Shown in pieces: positions 23,468-34,476 of a stretch of DNA of 64,000 bases (its first letter is position 1; the number at the start of each line of letters is the position of its first letter). Under the pieces are notes generated by a model. It was not told the DNA's origin and did not search any database. It worked only from the letters and a program-made list of their open reading frames with translations. The DNA comes from a phage: sequence record PZ386965.1, one strand, 5' to 3'. The position numbers and the translations under genes were made by a program.

Positions 23468-24595
23468 ATGGAAAAATTTATGGCTAAGTTTGGACAAGGA
23501 TACGTCCAAACGCCATTTTTATCGGAAAGCAATTCAGTACGATTTAAATTAAGCATAGCGGGCTCTTGTCCGCTATCAACATCTCCTGCTTATATTAAGT
23601 TCCAAGATAATCCACTTGGGTCCCAGGTTTTTTCCGTTGGATTAAACGTTCGTGTAATAAATCCTACAACAGGTGCAGTAGTTGAATCTAAGACATATAA
23701 TTTCTCTACTGAAAACGACGCCACGTCAAGTGCATTTGTTACTTTCATGGACGCGTATGCTTCAAATTTTATATTTGCTCTTGTTACTAACGCTAAAACA
23801 AACTTTCCACCTGAAGTTCTTGCATGGTTTACTAAAGCTGGGAGTTCTGCTATTCCATTAGCTCAACAAGTTTTAAATATAGTGGACATTTCTTATTCTG
23901 CATTTTATATTTCTGGTAAGAATGCTATAGCACTAGAACATATTAAGTATAGTAATAAGAAAACTTCAACCGACTATAGTACACCACTTGATGTTGTGTA
24001 CGACACGATCGATGATATTGGTGCTACCGGCTTCCCTAGACGTACGTACGAATCGACAGACACATTTTTATCTGCTGTTGGAGGTACTAATAATGAAATT
24101 AAAAGGATGCCTACAACATCCATTATTACGCCTCTCGCTGGGTATAAATTGAAGCCTGGAGATTTCCTTTATATGAAATTCCAACTAATGGCCGATGCTG
24201 ATTTGTTAGCACAAGGGACGACACGACTTTCTATTCGTTTCTTTAAATCTCCTTCTACTTCACCTATTTCATTTAAAGATATAAACTTTGATGGGAGCGC
24301 AGGTGAATGGAAGATATATGAAGACTACATAGAAATTCCTGCTGGTGCTGACGGGTTCACGATTTATTGTTATCGTACAGCTCCAGTCGGCCAAGGTGGA
24401 TTAAGAAACGTTATATTCACTGAAGTATCATGTAATGGAAGCGTTTCAAAACCGGCTGAGTTTGGTATAAATGGTATTCGTGTAAATTATGTTTCAGAAT
24501 CTTTAAGTACCCCAGACATAATGACATTACCTACTCAATCTTCAACTGATACTGGTAAGGTATTTGGTCAAGAATTTAAAGAAGCATCAGAATAA
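23468..24595 (+). CDS. 35: gp35 long tail fiber hinge connector
   Basis: 375 aa directly downstream of 34. Confidence 0.8.
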   Translation: MEKFMAKFGQGYVQTPFLSESNSVRFKLSIAGSCPLSTSPAYIKFQDNPLGSQVFSVGLNVRVINPTTGAVVESKTYNFSTENDATSSAFVTFMDAYASNFIFALVTNAKTNFPPEVLAWFTKAGSSAIPLAQQVLNIVDISYSAFYISGKNAIALEHIKYSNKKTSTDYSTPLDVVYDTIDDIGATGFPRRTYESTDTFLSAVGGTNNEIKRMPTTSIITPLAGYKLKPGDFLYMKFQLMADADLLAQGTTRLSIRFFKSPSTSPISFKDINFDGSAGEWKIYEDYIEIPAGADGFTIYCYRTAPVGQGGLRNVIFTEVSCNGSVSKPAEFGINGIRVNYVSESLSTPDIMTLPTQSSTDTGKVFGQEFKEASE

Positions 24596-24600
24596 ATTTA

Positions 24601-24625
24601 GGGAGACTTCGGTCTCCCATTTTTG
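24601..24625 (+). terminator. hairpin terminator after gene 35
   Basis: GGGAGAC-UUCG-GUCUCCC then AUUUUU on plus strand. Confidence 0.55.
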
Positions 24626-24633
24626 TATAAATA
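24626..24633 (+). promoter_or_regulatory. late promoter TATAAATA (gene 36)
   Basis: Exact TATAAATA 25 nt upstream of gene 36 ATG, just after the gene 35 hairpin. Confidence 0.55.
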
Positions 24634-24657
24634 TGGTATACATATAAGGAGACAACT

Positions 24658-25320
24658 ATGGCCGATTTAAAAGCTGGTAGTACAACTGGCGGTGCCGTTA
24701 TATGGCATCAAGGTAATTTCCCTTTAATGCCAGCAGGTGATGACGTCCTGTATAAAACGTTTAAACTCTATTCAGAATATAATAAACCACAAGCGGCTGA
24801 TAATGATTTCGTTTCTAAAGCTAACGGTGGTACTTATGCCGCGACCGTTCGATTTAATGGAGGAGTACATGTTCCTACTATAGGTAGTAGTCAACAGTGC
24901 GGTGTTTATCCAGGTAACGGTGATGCTGCTACTTTTGATACAGCAAATATTGATATTGTTTCATGGTATGGCATTGGTTTTAAATCATCACAAGGATCTG
25001 CAGGTAGAACTGTTGTTGTTAACACTCGTACTGGTGATATCAGCACTAAAGGTGGTATTTATGCAACTGGTCCTGTCCGTTCTAACGCTACTGCTCCGGT
25101 TGCAGCAAATGACCTTACTAGAAAGGACTATGTTGATGGACGAATAAATATTGTTACGGATAACGCAAATTCCCGTGTATTGCGTAAAGGCGATACCATG
25201 ACTGGTACTTTAACAGCACCAAACTTTTTCTCACAGAATCCGGCGTCTGAGGCTAATCATGTTCCTCGTTTCGACCAGATTGTAATTAAAGATTCTGTTC
25301 AAGATTTCGGCTATTATTAA
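24658..25320 (+). CDS. 36: gp36 long tail fiber distal connector subunit
   Basis: 220 aa; [23 protein letters not shown]...; own late promoter. Confidence 0.85.
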   Translation: MADLKAGSTTGGAVIWHQGNFPLMPAGDDVLYKTFKLYSEYNKPQAADNDFVSKANGGTYAATVRFNGGVHVPTIGSSQQCGVYPGNGDAATFDTANIDIVSWYGIGFKSSQGSAGRTVVVNTRTGDISTKGGIYATGPVRSNATAPVAANDLTRKDYVDGRINIVTDNANSRVLRKGDTMTGTLTAPNFFSQNPASEANHVPRFDQIVIKDSVQDFGYY

Positions 25321-25328
25321 GAGGACTT

Positions 25329-28300
25329 ATGGCTACATTAAAACAGATACAATTTAAAAGAAGCAAAGTGGCAGGAGTTAATCCTACTGCAGCACAATTA
25401 GCCGAAGGCGAATTAGCGATAAACTTAAAAGATCGAACTCTTTTTACTAAAGATGACCTCGGTAATATTATTAGCCTAGGCTTTGCTAAGGGCGGGGATA
25501 TTAACGGTAATGTAACTCAAACTGGCGATTATTTACAAAACGGCACGTATAATCTCAATGGAAATCAGTTTGTTTATGCAGGAAAATACATTGAATTTTT
25601 ACCTAAAACCACTGGAAATGGCGCTTGGGCTAACCAACATTCGAATAAAGCCCCTATCTTTACAGATTTAAGTTCAACTACTTCTGTTTCAGAATACCAT
25701 CCACTGATTAAACAACGCTATAAAGATGGAACTTTTTCTGCTGGTACATTAGTAAACGAAGGTAGTTTTAAATTCCATTATATTGATGAAACCGGGTCTT
25801 CAAAATACTGGACTTTTAATCGAAACGGTAATTTTCAAGTTGATTCCGGAAGTTTATTAGTATCTAATGGATATTTAGTTACTCAAAGTAATATTGAAAC
25901 TAAAGCTGGTTCTTTAATTGGTCCTAAAGTTATTACCAAAAATATCAATGTGAGCACTAAATCTTGGGACACTAATATTGATACTGCATATGATTTAGTT
26001 TCATTACCGACTTGGCACTATACTCCAACCGAAACGGATTTGGATACTAATGGTGTAAACTACCTTCGTAAATTCCGCGGACATGTTTCTTCTGCTATTT
26101 TCCATGAAGTTGCCGATGCTCGTTCAGGTAAACCACAGAATATTTCGTATTGGACGGGACGTAATGCTGAAGTTTATCAATGGTCTTATACCACAGATGG
26201 GCGTATGTCTGTTGCTAATTCGATAGGTATAGGTCTTGCTGATGTTGGTAACCAAGGACGTTATCCATTGGTTTCGTTTGGTAAAGGTATTGCAATTGGT
26301 GACAATGATACTGGTATTAAATGGGTTCGTGACGGGGTTATCGATTTAGTTGCGAATGGTATTTCTGCCGGCACTATTCTTAATAACGGTATTAACAGTA
26401 CTAAAAAATTGATGGTTGGTTATAGTCGAGATTCTGGTTCTACTTGGGATTACCCAAATAACAACCAAGCAATGTTTACTGCGCGTACCGATGTTGATGG
26501 TAATAATAGCGGTGACGGTCAGACTCATATTGGTTATAGCAGCAATGCCAAGATGTATCACTATTTCCGTGGCACTGGTCGTATGACCGTTAGTATGGGT
26601 GATGGGCTTCTTGTTGAGCCTGGCATTTTAGATATTAAAACTGGTTCAAATTCGTTAAATTTGCGTGCTGATGGTACCATCGCTTCTGTTCAAACGTTAA
26701 AACTTAATAATGGATTATATTTTAATGGTGATGGAACTAATGCTTCTCTAGTTTTTAAAGCGGCTTCAGGTATTGATGGCACCAAACAAATCCTTTGGGA
26801 AGGCGGCACTCGAGCAGGCCAGAATAAGAGTTATGTAACTGTTAAAGCATGGGGTAATGCCTTTAACGCATCTGGCGATAAATCTCGTGAAACCGTATTT
26901 GAAGTCTCTGATGGACAAGGTTGGTATTTCTACACTCAACGCCTGGCTCCAACTGATTCTGGAACCATAGGTCGTGTTACAACTTACTTCAATGGTGAGC
27001 TTCGTTCTAAAGGAAACCTAATAAGCGAAGGAATTCTTGAAGTTGATGGAACAAGCACACTAGCCGGTAATGTTACTATGTCTAACGGTTTGTTTGTTCA
27101 AGGTGGTTCTTCTATTACTGGACAAGTTAAAATCGGCGGAACGTTCGATGCATTAAGAATTTGGAACGCTGAATATGGTGCTATTTTCCGTCGTTCAGAG
27201 GCGGCATTGCATATTATCCCGACTCCTAAAGATGCTGGAGAATCAGGTGGAATAAGCAATCTCCGTCCATTAAGTATTAGTCTTAATAATGGTATGGTAC
27301 AAATGCGCCATTCTGTCACGTTAGGCGATGATGGCGCTGGCGGTAATATGATTACTGTGGACAATGATAACAAACTTGTTGTTGTTACTAGTCATAGTCG
27401 TATTTCTCCTAATTACCGTATGCAGGTAGGACAAGCAGCTTATATTGATGCTGAATGTACTGACACCGTTCGCCCGGCTGGTGCAGGGTCTTTTGCTTCA
27501 CAAAATAATGAAAACGTTCGTGCTCCGTTCTATATGAATATTAATCGCACAGATACAAGTACTTACGTTCCTATTTTAAAACAACGTTATGTTCAAGGAA
27601 ATAGCTGTTATTCTTTAGGTACTTTAATAAATGGCGGTAACTTCAGAGTTCATTATCATGAAGGTGGAGACGGAAGTTCAACAGGCGCAACTATAAAAGA
27701 TTTAGGATGGGAATTTACACGTTCTGGTGATTTTATATCTCCTAAGCGCATTTCTGCTGGGGGTTCAGTTTATTTAGGTACAGACGGTAACATTACTGGT
27801 GGTTCTGGTAATTTTGCCAACTTAAATAGTACAATTGAATCACTTAAAACTGATATTGTCTCAAGTTATCCAATTGGTGCTCCGATTCCTTGGCCTACTG
27901 ATACACCTCCTGAAGGCTATGCCATAATGGAAGGTCAAACATTTGATGCTGACTTGTATCCTAAGTTAGCTGCAGTGTATCCTTCCGGCGCTCTGCCTGA
28001 TATGCGTGGTCAGACGATTAAAGGTAAACCATCTGGGCGTGCTGTATTAAGTACAGAAGCAGACGGTGTTAAGTCACATAGCCATAGTGCAAGTGCATCA
28101 AGCACAGATTTGGGTACTAAGACCACTTCTAGTTTTGATTACGGTAGCAAAACGACTTCAAGCTTTGATTATGGTACTAAGACCAGTAATACCACTGGCA
28201 ACCATAACCATACAGTGAGTGGTAATACTAGTTCCGCTGGTGCGCACCAACACGCGCGTTCAGGTCCTCAGGTACAAGGCGGCATACCCACTAGCGTATT

Positions 28301-28622
28301 CTATGATGGATACAATAGTGCGGGTCCAAACGGTAACGCTAAATTCACTGCAACCGTGAGTGGTGCTACCGCATCGTCGAATATGGCCAAAACTTCTTCA
28401 GACGGTGCCCACACCCATAGTTGGTCAGGAACTACTAGCGCTACGGGTAACCATGCTCATACTGTCGGTATTGGTGCTCACACCCATTCGGTAGGTATTG
28501 GTGCTCATTCTCATACTGTTGCAATTGGTTCCCACGGACATACAATAACTGTAAATGCCACAGGAAATACAGAAAACACAGTTAAAAACGTTGCTTTTAA
28601 CTATATCGTTCGTTTAGCATAA
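25329..28622 (+). CDS. 37: gp37 long tail fiber distal subunit (receptor-binding)
   Basis: 1097 aa; C-terminal His-x-His repeats ([24 protein letters not shown]) typical of the T4-type fiber tip. Confidence 0.9.
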   Translation: MATLKQIQFKRSKVAGVNPTAAQLAEGELAINLKDRTLFTKDDLGNIISLGFAKGGDINGNVTQTGDYLQNGTYNLNGNQFVYAGKYIEFLPKTTGNGAWANQHSNKAPIFTDLSSTTSVSEYHPLIKQRYKDGTFSAGTLVNEGSFKFHYIDETGSSKYWTFNRNGNFQVDSGSLLVSNGYLVTQSNIETKAGSLIGPKVITKNINVSTKSWDTNIDTAYDLVSLPTWHYTPTETDLDTNGVNYLRKFRGHVSSAIFHEVADARSGKPQNISYWTGRNAEVYQWSYTTDGRMSVANSIGIGLADVGNQGRYPLVSFGKGIAIGDNDTGIKWVRDGVIDLVANGISAGTILNNGINSTKKLMVGYSRDSGSTWDYPNNNQAMFTARTDVDGNNSGDGQTHIGYSSNAKMYHYFRGTGRMTVSMGDGLLVEPGILDIKTGSNSLNLRADGTIASVQTLKLNNGLYFNGDGTNASLVFKAASGIDGTKQILWEGGTRAGQNKSYVTVKAWGNAFNASGDKSRETVFEVSDGQGWYFYTQRLAPTDSGTIGRVTTYFNGELRSKGNLISEGILEVDGTSTLAGNVTMSNGLFVQGGSSITGQVKIGGTFDALRIWNAEYGAIFRRSEAALHIIPTPKDAGESGGISNLRPLSISLNNGMVQMRHSVTLGDDGAGGNMITVDNDNKLVVVTSHSRISPNYRMQVGQAAYIDAECTDTVRPAGAGSFASQNNENVRAPFYMNINRTDTSTYVPILKQRYVQGNSCYSLGTLINGGNFRVHYHEGGDGSSTGATIKDLGWEFTRSGDFISPKRISAGGSVYLGTDGNITGGSGNFANLNSTIESLKTDIVSSYPIGAPIPWPTDTPPEGYAIMEGQTFDADLYPKLAAVYPSGALPDMRGQTIKGKPSGRAVLSTEADGVKSHSHSASASSTDLGTKTTSSFDYGSKTTSSFDYGTKTSNTTGNHNHTVSGNTSSAGAHQHARSGPQVQGGIPTSVFYDGYNSAGPNGNAKFTATVSGATASSNMAKTSSDGAHTHSWSGTTSATGNHAHTVGIGAHTHSVGIGAHSHTVAIGSHGHTITVNATGNTENTVKNVAFNYIVRLA

Positions 28623-28626
28623 GGAG

Positions 28627-28647
28627 AAGGGACTTCGGTCCCTTTTT
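28627..28647 (+). terminator. hairpin after gene 37 (terminator or RNA-stability element)
   Basis: AAGGGAC-UUCG-GUCCCUU-UUUA on plus strand between 37 and 38. Confidence 0.45.
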
Positions 28648-28652
28648 ATAAT

Positions 28653-29204
28653 ATGAAACTCTATCACTATTATTTTGACACTAAAGAATTTTACAAAGAA
28701 GAAAATTATAAACCATTAAAAGGCGTAGGATTTCCGGCTCATTCGACACCAAAAAAACCTTTAGACCCTAAAGAAGGCTATGCTGTTATATTTGACGAAC
28801 GCGAGCAAGAATGGGTATATGTTGAAGACCATCGCGGAAAAACAGTATGGACATATGATAAGCAAAAAATTGTTATTGACACTCCAGGTGCTCTTCAAAA
28901 TGTCACTACAGAAGAACCAGGTGAATTTGACCTTTGGACTGACGACGGGTGGAAGGAAGATGAAGCGTATAAGCGGGTAGTTCAACGTGATAAGAAAATT
29001 CATGAACTCTATAAATTATTCAGTGTTTTAAGTTCTCTTATTGATGCAGAGGTTGCTAATAGAGAAGAAAAACGAAAATTTAAAGAGCTCAAAAAATTCT
29101 TTGCCCTTTTAGAAAAACATGAACATCTTGGCGGCGAATTCCCTAAATTCCCTGACCTTGAAAACAAATCTATTATCAAAGCGATTATAAATATCTTTAA
29201 GTAA
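28653..29204 (+). CDS. 38: gp38 distal tail-fiber assembly chaperone (T4 type)
   Basis: 183 aa; MKLYHYYFDTKEFYKEENYKP... matches T4-type gp38, not the T2-type adhesin. Confidence 0.85.
   Translation: MKLYHYYFDTKEFYKEENYKPLKGVGFPAHSTPKKPLDPKEGYAVIFDEREQEWVYVEDHRGKTVWTYDKQKIVIDTPGALQNVTTEEPGEFDLWTDDGWKEDEAYKRVVQRDKKIHELYKLFSVLSSLIDAEVANREEKRKFKELKKFFALLEKHEHLGGEFPKFPDLENKSIIKAIINIFK
29186..29193 (+). promoter_or_regulatory. late promoter TATAAATA (holin t)
   Basis: Exact TATAAATA 21 nt upstream of t ATG, inside the 3' end of gene 38. Confidence 0.5.
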
Positions 29205-29213
29205 GGAGGTATT

Positions 29214-29873
29214 ATGGCAACACCAAAAGTATCATTTTCGCTTAGTGATATTCTATTTGGGTTGCTAGATCGTATTTTCAAAGATAACGCTACTGGAAAG
29301 GTTTTAATGTCCCGAGTAGCGGTAATTATTCTTTTGTTCCTAATGGCACTAATATGGTACAAAGGAAGTATTTTGCTGGATTATTATGTAAGAGCTAAGT
29401 ATGATACTTATACTGAAATAATCCAAAAAGAACGAGCTTTACGTTTTGAATCTGCGGCTCTAGAACAACTGCAAATAGTTCATATCTCATCTGGTGCAGA
29501 TTTTAGTGCTGTGTATTCTTTCAGACCTAAAAACTTAAATTATTTTGTCGACCTTATAGCTTATGAAGGCAAACTACCTAGCACAATTTCTGAAAAGTCC
29601 CTTGGCGGATTCCCAGTGGATAAAACGGCCAATGAATATATAATTCATTTAAGTGGCCGTCATTTCTCATCTAAATCAGAATTTGCATTTTTGCCTACAA
29701 AATCTAAGACTGCCGAACTTTCTTATATGTATAGTTGTCCATACTTTAATTTGGATAACATCTACGCTGGAACTGTGACGATGTATTGGTATAAGGGGAG
29801 TAATATACTTGAGGAAGATCGCTTAGCAGCTATATGCAACCAAGCGGTCCGAATACTAGGAAGGGCTAAATAA
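29214..29873 (+). CDS. t: holin
   Basis: 219 aa; single N-terminal TMD then large periplasmic domain; late promoter at 29186-29193. Confidence 0.85.
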   Translation: MATPKVSFSLSDILFGLLDRIFKDNATGKVLMSRVAVIILLFLMALIWYKGSILLDYYVRAKYDTYTEIIQKERALRFESAALEQLQIVHISSGADFSAVYSFRPKNLNYFVDLIAYEGKLPSTISEKSLGGFPVDKTANEYIIHLSGRHFSSKSEFAFLPTKSKTAELSYMYSCPYFNLDNIYAGTVTMYWYKGSNILEEDRLAAICNQAVRILGRAK

Positions 29874-30146
29874 TTAGTTGTTAGAATACATCGCTAAATG
29901 ACGATAAATATTTTCAAAACCTTCATTGAATTCACTAATCAGTGTTTTCTTTTCTTCGGCAGTTAAATTTGTAATTAGTTTTCTGAACGAATTCTGATTT
30001 AGCTGCCGACCATCTTTTTTAATTCCAATCTCATTCAAGAATCCGATGAAACTTGCTCGGTCTTCAACAATATCTTCCCTAGAGAATTTAATCAAAATAG
30101 AAGCAATAGTAATAATTTCACGTACGATTTCAATGTCTTTATTCAT
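29874..30146 (-). CDS. asiA: anti-sigma70 factor AsiA
   Basis: 90 aa; MNKDIEIVREIITIASILIKFSREDIVE... matches AsiA. Confidence 0.85.
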   Translation of the reverse strand: MNKDIEIVREIITIASILIKFSREDIVEDRASFIGFLNEIGIKKDGRQLNQNSFRKLITNLTAEEKKTLISEFNEGFENIYRHLAMYSNN

Positions 30147-30192
30147 AACGTTTTATTCATTCCACTTGGTTGATATGGATATAGTACCATTA

Positions 30193-30357
30193 TCAGTGTT
30201 GATTGTAAACGGCTTTTTCTACGCTTTTAACATAATCAATGTAGTCTTCCTGTTCGTACGAGTGTAAGGCTAAGAACGGAGCTAATAGTTCATTATAGAC
30301 TAAAGCCTCACGCTCACGTTCGGCCTCTACTACGTTCTGAAGATTATGACTCATATT
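30193..30357 (-). CDS. small hypothetical protein
   Basis: ORF 30193-30408 trimmed to internal Met to avoid overlap with upstream gene. Confidence 0.3.
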   Translation of the reverse strand, partial: NMSHNLQNVVEAEREREALVYNELLAPFLALHSYEQEDYIDYVKSVEKAVYNQH

Positions 30358-30643
30358 GTTCCTTATAACTATCAATGTAGTCCTGTATGTCGAAGAATGA
30401 CATTTCATATTCTAGGGCATTAAGAGCCCGTTCTTCAGTATAGTCAGAACCAAAGACGATAGTGATTTCACCAGGCTTCATGTGATTGAAATCGACACTA
30501 AAAGGAATACGAGAACATACTTCGTCTTCCATATCTACGATAACACTACGACACACTTCTCGGTTAACCTGATAAAGCTCTGCAAGTTCTTCACAACGAA
30601 TAACAAGTTCAGTGGCAGGATTTTCTTTGATTTTAGTAAGCAT
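30344..30643 (-). CDS. arn: Arn-like protein (by position next to asiA)
   Basis: 99-aa acidic ORF at the T4 arn position. Confidence 0.45.
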   Translation of the reverse strand: MLTKIKENPATELVIRCEELAELYQVNREVCRSVIVDMEDEVCSRIPFSVDFNHMKPGEITIVFGSDYTEERALNALEYEMSFFDIQDYIDSYKEQYES

Positions 30644-30717
30644 AGTCTTTACCCTTATGTTTTTGTTTGCGTTTAGATTGAAGTTCTGATTTCTTCTTGT
30701 CCTTATGGACAGAAGCC

Positions 30718-30945
30718 TTATTGAAATCGTGTTTTGCTACAAGATTGTTCATAATGATTTATAACCTCATTTAAACATTTGTCTGTGAAAGAAAACTTTT
30801 TAGCCACAGAACATTCTATAATGTGCTCTTTCAAATCTTTAGAGTCAGTATATCCCATCTCAGTAATAAAATGGCGAATTAAAGCTTTATTCTTATCATT
30901 AACCGAATTAAAATAATCTGCTTTAGAATCAATTATTCTCATCAT
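30718..30945 (-). CDS. hypothetical protein (75 aa)
   Basis: ORF track. Confidence 0.4.
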   Translation of the reverse strand: MMRIIDSKADYFNSVNDKNKALIRHFITEMGYTDSKDLKEHIIECSVAKKFSFTDKCLNEVINHYEQSCSKTRFQ

Positions 30946-31210
30946 CTAATTTCCTTAATTGATATTGCAACGAGCTAATAATTTCTTCGTTCATTTTAAT
31001 ATACATGTCGCGCAAGAAAGGTTTTAACCCATCACGAATAATTGCTAACGTATCACCTTTACATAAATTAACCAAATAAGGATGGTCTAAAGCATCCCAA
31101 CCAGGCTGATTAGCATACATACCATAATTTTCTTCCATCATAACATTCAGGCGTTTGATATGATTAATGTGGGCTTCAATAGCATCAATCTGGAGTTGTT
31201 TAAGATTCAT
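30929..31210 (-). CDS. hypothetical protein (93 aa)
   Basis: ORF track. Confidence 0.4.
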   Translation of the reverse strand: MNLKQLQIDAIEAHINHIKRLNVMMEENYGMYANQPGWDALDHPYLVNLCKGDTLAIIRDGLKPFLRDMYIKMNEEIISSLQYQLRKLDDENN

Positions 31211-31671
31211 TAGTAAAGGTCCTCAGAGTAAAGTTCTTTTTCATTACCACCACGTTCAATACGTACTTGTCCAGCGTAAGTTGCAATAATCATTGCTTCT
31301 TCACGTGTCCAATAATTACTATATTGGTCAATAAACCCTTGGTCATCATCACAAACTTGTTGAGTAACTAATTGAGGTTTAACTACATCTAAAACTTCTG
31401 CCATATCTTTAGAATAATGACGAGCACCTGGAATAATAAGAGTTCGTCCATCTTTTAATTTAAAACGGTTGGCTGCGCAGACAATTCGTCGTTGATACTT
31501 TTGGTTTTCATCCCAATACAGAGTCTGCCAACAGATTTCAGGAACTTCGTCTAAAACATTTTGTTCTGTATATTCACCACCGTAAGAAGCTAATTTAGCA
31601 GCCAGACTTTCCGGAGTCTCACGCGACAAAGCTTTATCTAACAGAGCTAAACGTTCTTTAAAAGTTTTCAT
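31210..31671 (-). CDS. hypothetical protein (153 aa)
   Basis: ORF track; stop-start overlaps with neighbours. Confidence 0.45.
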   Translation of the reverse strand: MKTFKERLALLDKALSRETPESLAAKLASYGGEYTEQNVLDEVPEICWQTLYWDENQKYQRRIVCAANRFKLKDGRTLIIPGARHYSKDMAEVLDVVKPQLVTQQVCDDDQGFIDQYSNYWTREEAMIIATYAGQVRIERGGNEKELYSEDLY

Positions 31672-31997
31672 TTAAACCATCCTTTAATACGTTGCCAAAT
31701 AGATTTTTGTGCTTGTTTATTTACACCAATCGAACGAATAACCGGTTGTGACTGCTGATATTCTTTATAATCTTCTTTATAGATTTCGTAAGCTGCATCA
31801 ACAAATGAACTGATCGCTGCCATGTAGTTTTTACGAAGGCCAAATGGCGCGTCATTATTTTCACGAATAACCGTATATTGGCCTGCTTTAATCTTTACAA
31901 TTGTCCCTAAATAAGCCCCGTGGTACCAAATATCCCATCCTTCCTGAGTAGGTTCTGCACATTTACGAAGTTCGTTAATAATATTCAGCTTATTCAT
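31668..31997 (-). CDS. hypothetical protein (109 aa)
   Basis: ORF track. Confidence 0.45.
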   Translation of the reverse strand: MNKLNIINELRKCAEPTQEGWDIWYHGAYLGTIVKIKAGQYTVIRENNDAPFGLRKNYMAAISSFVDAAYEIYKEDYKEYQQSQPVIRSIGVNKQAQKSIWQRIKGWFK

Positions 31998-32007
31998 TAT
32001 GTATTCC

Positions 32008-32640
32008 TCACAGTACGTTAGTTACAAGGGTAATGATTTCTTTAGACACATTAGGGAAGTCAATGTAAGTATATTTACCACCGATCTTAATCTTAACATC
32101 ATTTTCAAGAGAAGTAAACAGCTTTGATTCAGTTTCTGACATGTTGTATGCAAAGATTCTAAGAGCGCCATCTCGTCGAATTTCAATTTGGCGAATGCCT
32201 AGAACTCGTTTAGCGAATCGAACTTCTAAGTTACTACGGTTTTCACCAATTTCTTTAACTTCAACTTTATCTTTAATATTTTCAAAAACAAAGTTTGCTA
32301 ATTCATGCATTTCAGGAGTAACTCCACGTGCTTTTCTGGTGTTACGTTTCTGAAGAAGTTCTGGAGCATTTTCTTGGGCAAAGAGGTCTGCAGCTTTTTG
32401 GATAATATCCATTGCTTCGCCTGTTGCTACAAGTCCATCACCGGATTTTTCGACTAAACCTTTCTTAATCAATACACCAATGTTAGAGTTAACAACTGAT
32501 GCACTGTATTCTGCTTCCAGAGCTTCACGGACATTGGCAGCAGTGGTGAAGTTGTTCTTAATGATATAAACCATTATTGCAGCAGTTTTTTCATTCAGAG
32601 CGTTTTCAGAAGCTTTGATGATGTAAGTAACTTTAGACAT
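32008..32640 (-). CDS. motA: MotA middle-transcription activator
   Basis: 210 aa; MSKVTYIIKASENALNEKTAAI...SNIGVLIKKGLVEKSGDGL matches MotA. Confidence 0.8.
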   Translation of the reverse strand: MSKVTYIIKASENALNEKTAAIMVYIIKNNFTTAANVREALEAEYSASVVNSNIGVLIKKGLVEKSGDGLVATGEAMDIIQKAADLFAQENAPELLQKRNTRKARGVTPEMHELANFVFENIKDKVEVKEIGENRSNLEVRFAKRVLGIRQIEIRRDGALRIFAYNMSETESKLFTSLENDVKIKIGGKYTYIDFPNVSKEIITLVTNVL

Positions 32641-32706
32641 TTTATTTCTCCAAATTAGTATTTGTTTTGATAGGTCTATAATATCATGTTTGAAGCAAAA
32701 GTAAAC
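32632..32706 (-). repeat. duplicated promoter/leader/start-codon module, copy 1 (motA)
   Basis: About 75 bp near-identical to 32951-33027, including ATGTCTAAA start and early promoter. Confidence 0.6.
32678..32706 (-). promoter_or_regulatory. sigma70-type early promoter (motA), copy 1 of duplicated module
   Basis: Minus strand GTTTAC-17 nt-TATTAT then AGACCTATCAA. Confidence 0.45.
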
Positions 32707-32743
32707 TTTATTTTGGGCTCTTTTTCAAAAGCCCTGGTAAAAT

Positions 32744-32959
32744 TTACAAACTCATTTCTTTAATAAGGCTAATAAGTTTTGCCTTTTTAGAACGAAGCTT
32801 TTCTAAATGATGTCCATTTGAACCGCGAACCACTAAAGAATTGATTTCAACTTCTAAGAAATTTAATTCTTCAACAAGTGCTTTACGAGGAGCATTCATA
32901 CCAGGTTTAACTTTACCGAAACGAGTAGTTGTGTTTTGGGTTAATTTCATTTTAGACAT
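32744..32959 (-). CDS. hypothetical protein (71 aa)
   Basis: ORF track; shares duplicated promoter/leader/start module with motA. Confidence 0.45.
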   Translation of the reverse strand: MSKMKLTQNTTTRFGKVKPGMNAPRKALVEELNFLEVEINSLVVRGSNGHHLEKLRSKKAKLISLIKEMSL

Positions 32960-33027
32960 TTTATTTCTCCAATTTGGTTGTTTTGTTTTGATAGGTCTAT
33001 AATATCACGTTTGAAGCACATGTAAAC
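32951..33027 (-). repeat. duplicated promoter/leader/start-codon module, copy 2
   Basis: Near-identical to 32632-32706; heads the 71-aa ORF 32744-32959. Confidence 0.6.
32998..33027 (-). promoter_or_regulatory. sigma70-type early promoter, copy 2 of duplicated module
   Basis: Near-identical to 32678-32706. Confidence 0.45.
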
Positions 33028-33038
33028 TGTTTTGTGAG

Positions 33039-33070
33039 AAAAAAAAGCACAAAAGGGAGCCGAAGCTCCC
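33039..33070 (-). terminator. UUCG-tetraloop hairpin terminator
   Basis: GGGAGC-UUCG-GCUCCC then UUUUGUGCUUUUUUUU on minus strand. Confidence 0.55.
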
Positions 33071-33146
33071 TAATCATGTTTGTCCAACCAATACAGCCAA
33101 ATCACTAGTGCAGCTATTGCACCGAGAAATCCTAAGGCTAGGGCAC

Positions 33147-34472
33147 TCAAAGTGCCTCCAAGTCTTTAGTGTACTCTGTCACAACATCAGTAGACTTCCA
33201 ATACTCATTTTCTTCTTTCTTAGCTTTAGCTTCTTCTGCTAGTTTACGTGCTTCGTCGGAAGTGATATGGAAGATGTTAAGACCCACCAGTTTATCGACA
33301 TGTTCTTTGTACATTTCGATTTGTGCTAGCTCTTCAGTCAAAGCTTTACGAGTCTTGCCCTGAATCACGATTTCACCGTTGATAACTTTTTTGATGAAGT
33401 GTGCCTTAGCAAAAGCCAGTTTAAATGCTTTTTCAGATTCAAGGATTTTGTTGTCAATACGTTTCTGAACGTAAGTCTTACGGACTTCAACAAAATCTTT
33501 GATTAAGTCCACTACGTTATCGTAGACTGCTAATTTACCCTTTTCATTAATCACTGTGATGTTTTGTGAACGACGTTCGATGAGACTAAAATCTTTCATG
33601 ATTTTTTCATGACGTAGCTCTTCATCATCAGGAAGCGAGTACTCTTTACGGAACTTCACCTTAAACCCAAAGCCGTGTTCACCACAATCATCTTCCCATG
33701 AGATTAGACCTTTGTCTTCCAACGGGTCAAGAACCTTACTCACATACGTTTCACGGTCGAATTTATACGGGATTTCAGTTATCTGCATTTGAGTGCGAGA
33801 TGTGAACTTATATGTTCCGTGAATCTCATAACGCCCATCAACTTCATGTACTTCACCATGGAATTCCGGGAATTCAACTTTTGGCTTAGTGACATTTTTA
33901 CCTTGAAGAGCTTGTAATACAGCCTTTTTTACCGATTTAAAACTATGAGGCAGAATACTTGTTGCGTAACCGGTTGCAATACCAGATACACCATTCAAAA
34001 GAACTGTCGGAATAATAGGAAGATAGAATTTTGGTGGAACGTGTTCTTTATCTTCATGAGCTGGAGCATATTCAGTATCTTTATATACGTTATAGAAATT
34101 TTTACTTACACGAGCAAAAATATAACGAGATGCTGCAGCTTTTTGGACTGTTCGAGAACCAAAGTTGCCTTGACCATCTAATAGTGGATAGTTGTTATTC
34201 CATGTGTTAGCCATCAATGCACCTGCATCTTGTGCAGAAGATTCACCATGGTGATAACCTAAATCTGCAACACCGCCTGCAATTGACGCAAGTTTATGAA
34301 ATTTTTCTTTATTACCACGAGCCAAATCTAACGCACGATGGACCACAAAACGTTGAACCGGCTTAAATCCATCAATCATGTTTGGGATTGCACGGTTTTC
34401 AACGGTGTACATCGCATATGCTAAGGCTTCGTTATCAATAATACTTTTTAGATTACGAGAATTCAATTGCAT
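33147..34472 (-). CDS. 52: gp52 topoisomerase II medium subunit (GyrA-like)
   Basis: 441 aa; ...AMYTVENRAIPNMIDGFKPVQRF... DNA breakage-reunion domain. Confidence 0.9.
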   Translation of the reverse strand: MQLNSRNLKSIIDNEALAYAMYTVENRAIPNMIDGFKPVQRFVVHRALDLARGNKEKFHKLASIAGGVADLGYHHGESSAQDAGALMANTWNNNYPLLDGQGNFGSRTVQKAAASRYIFARVSKNFYNVYKDTEYAPAHEDKEHVPPKFYLPIIPTVLLNGVSGIATGYATSILPHSFKSVKKAVLQALQGKNVTKPKVEFPEFHGEVHEVDGRYEIHGTYKFTSRTQMQITEIPYKFDRETYVSKVLDPLEDKGLISWEDDCGEHGFGFKVKFRKEYSLPDDEELRHEKIMKDFSLIERRSQNITVINEKGKLAVYDNVVDLIKDFVEVRKTYVQKRIDNKILESEKAFKLAFAKAHFIKKVINGEIVIQGKTRKALTEELAQIEMYKEHVDKLVGLNIFHITSDEARKLAEEAKAKKEENEYWKSTDVVTEYTKDLEAL

Positions 34473-34476
34473 ATTT

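Noticed and set aside
32715-32735. GGGCT...AGCCC inverted repeat downstream of the motA promoter copy
   Set aside because: Stem of only 4-5 bp with a 10-nt loop; too weak to call a terminator or operator.
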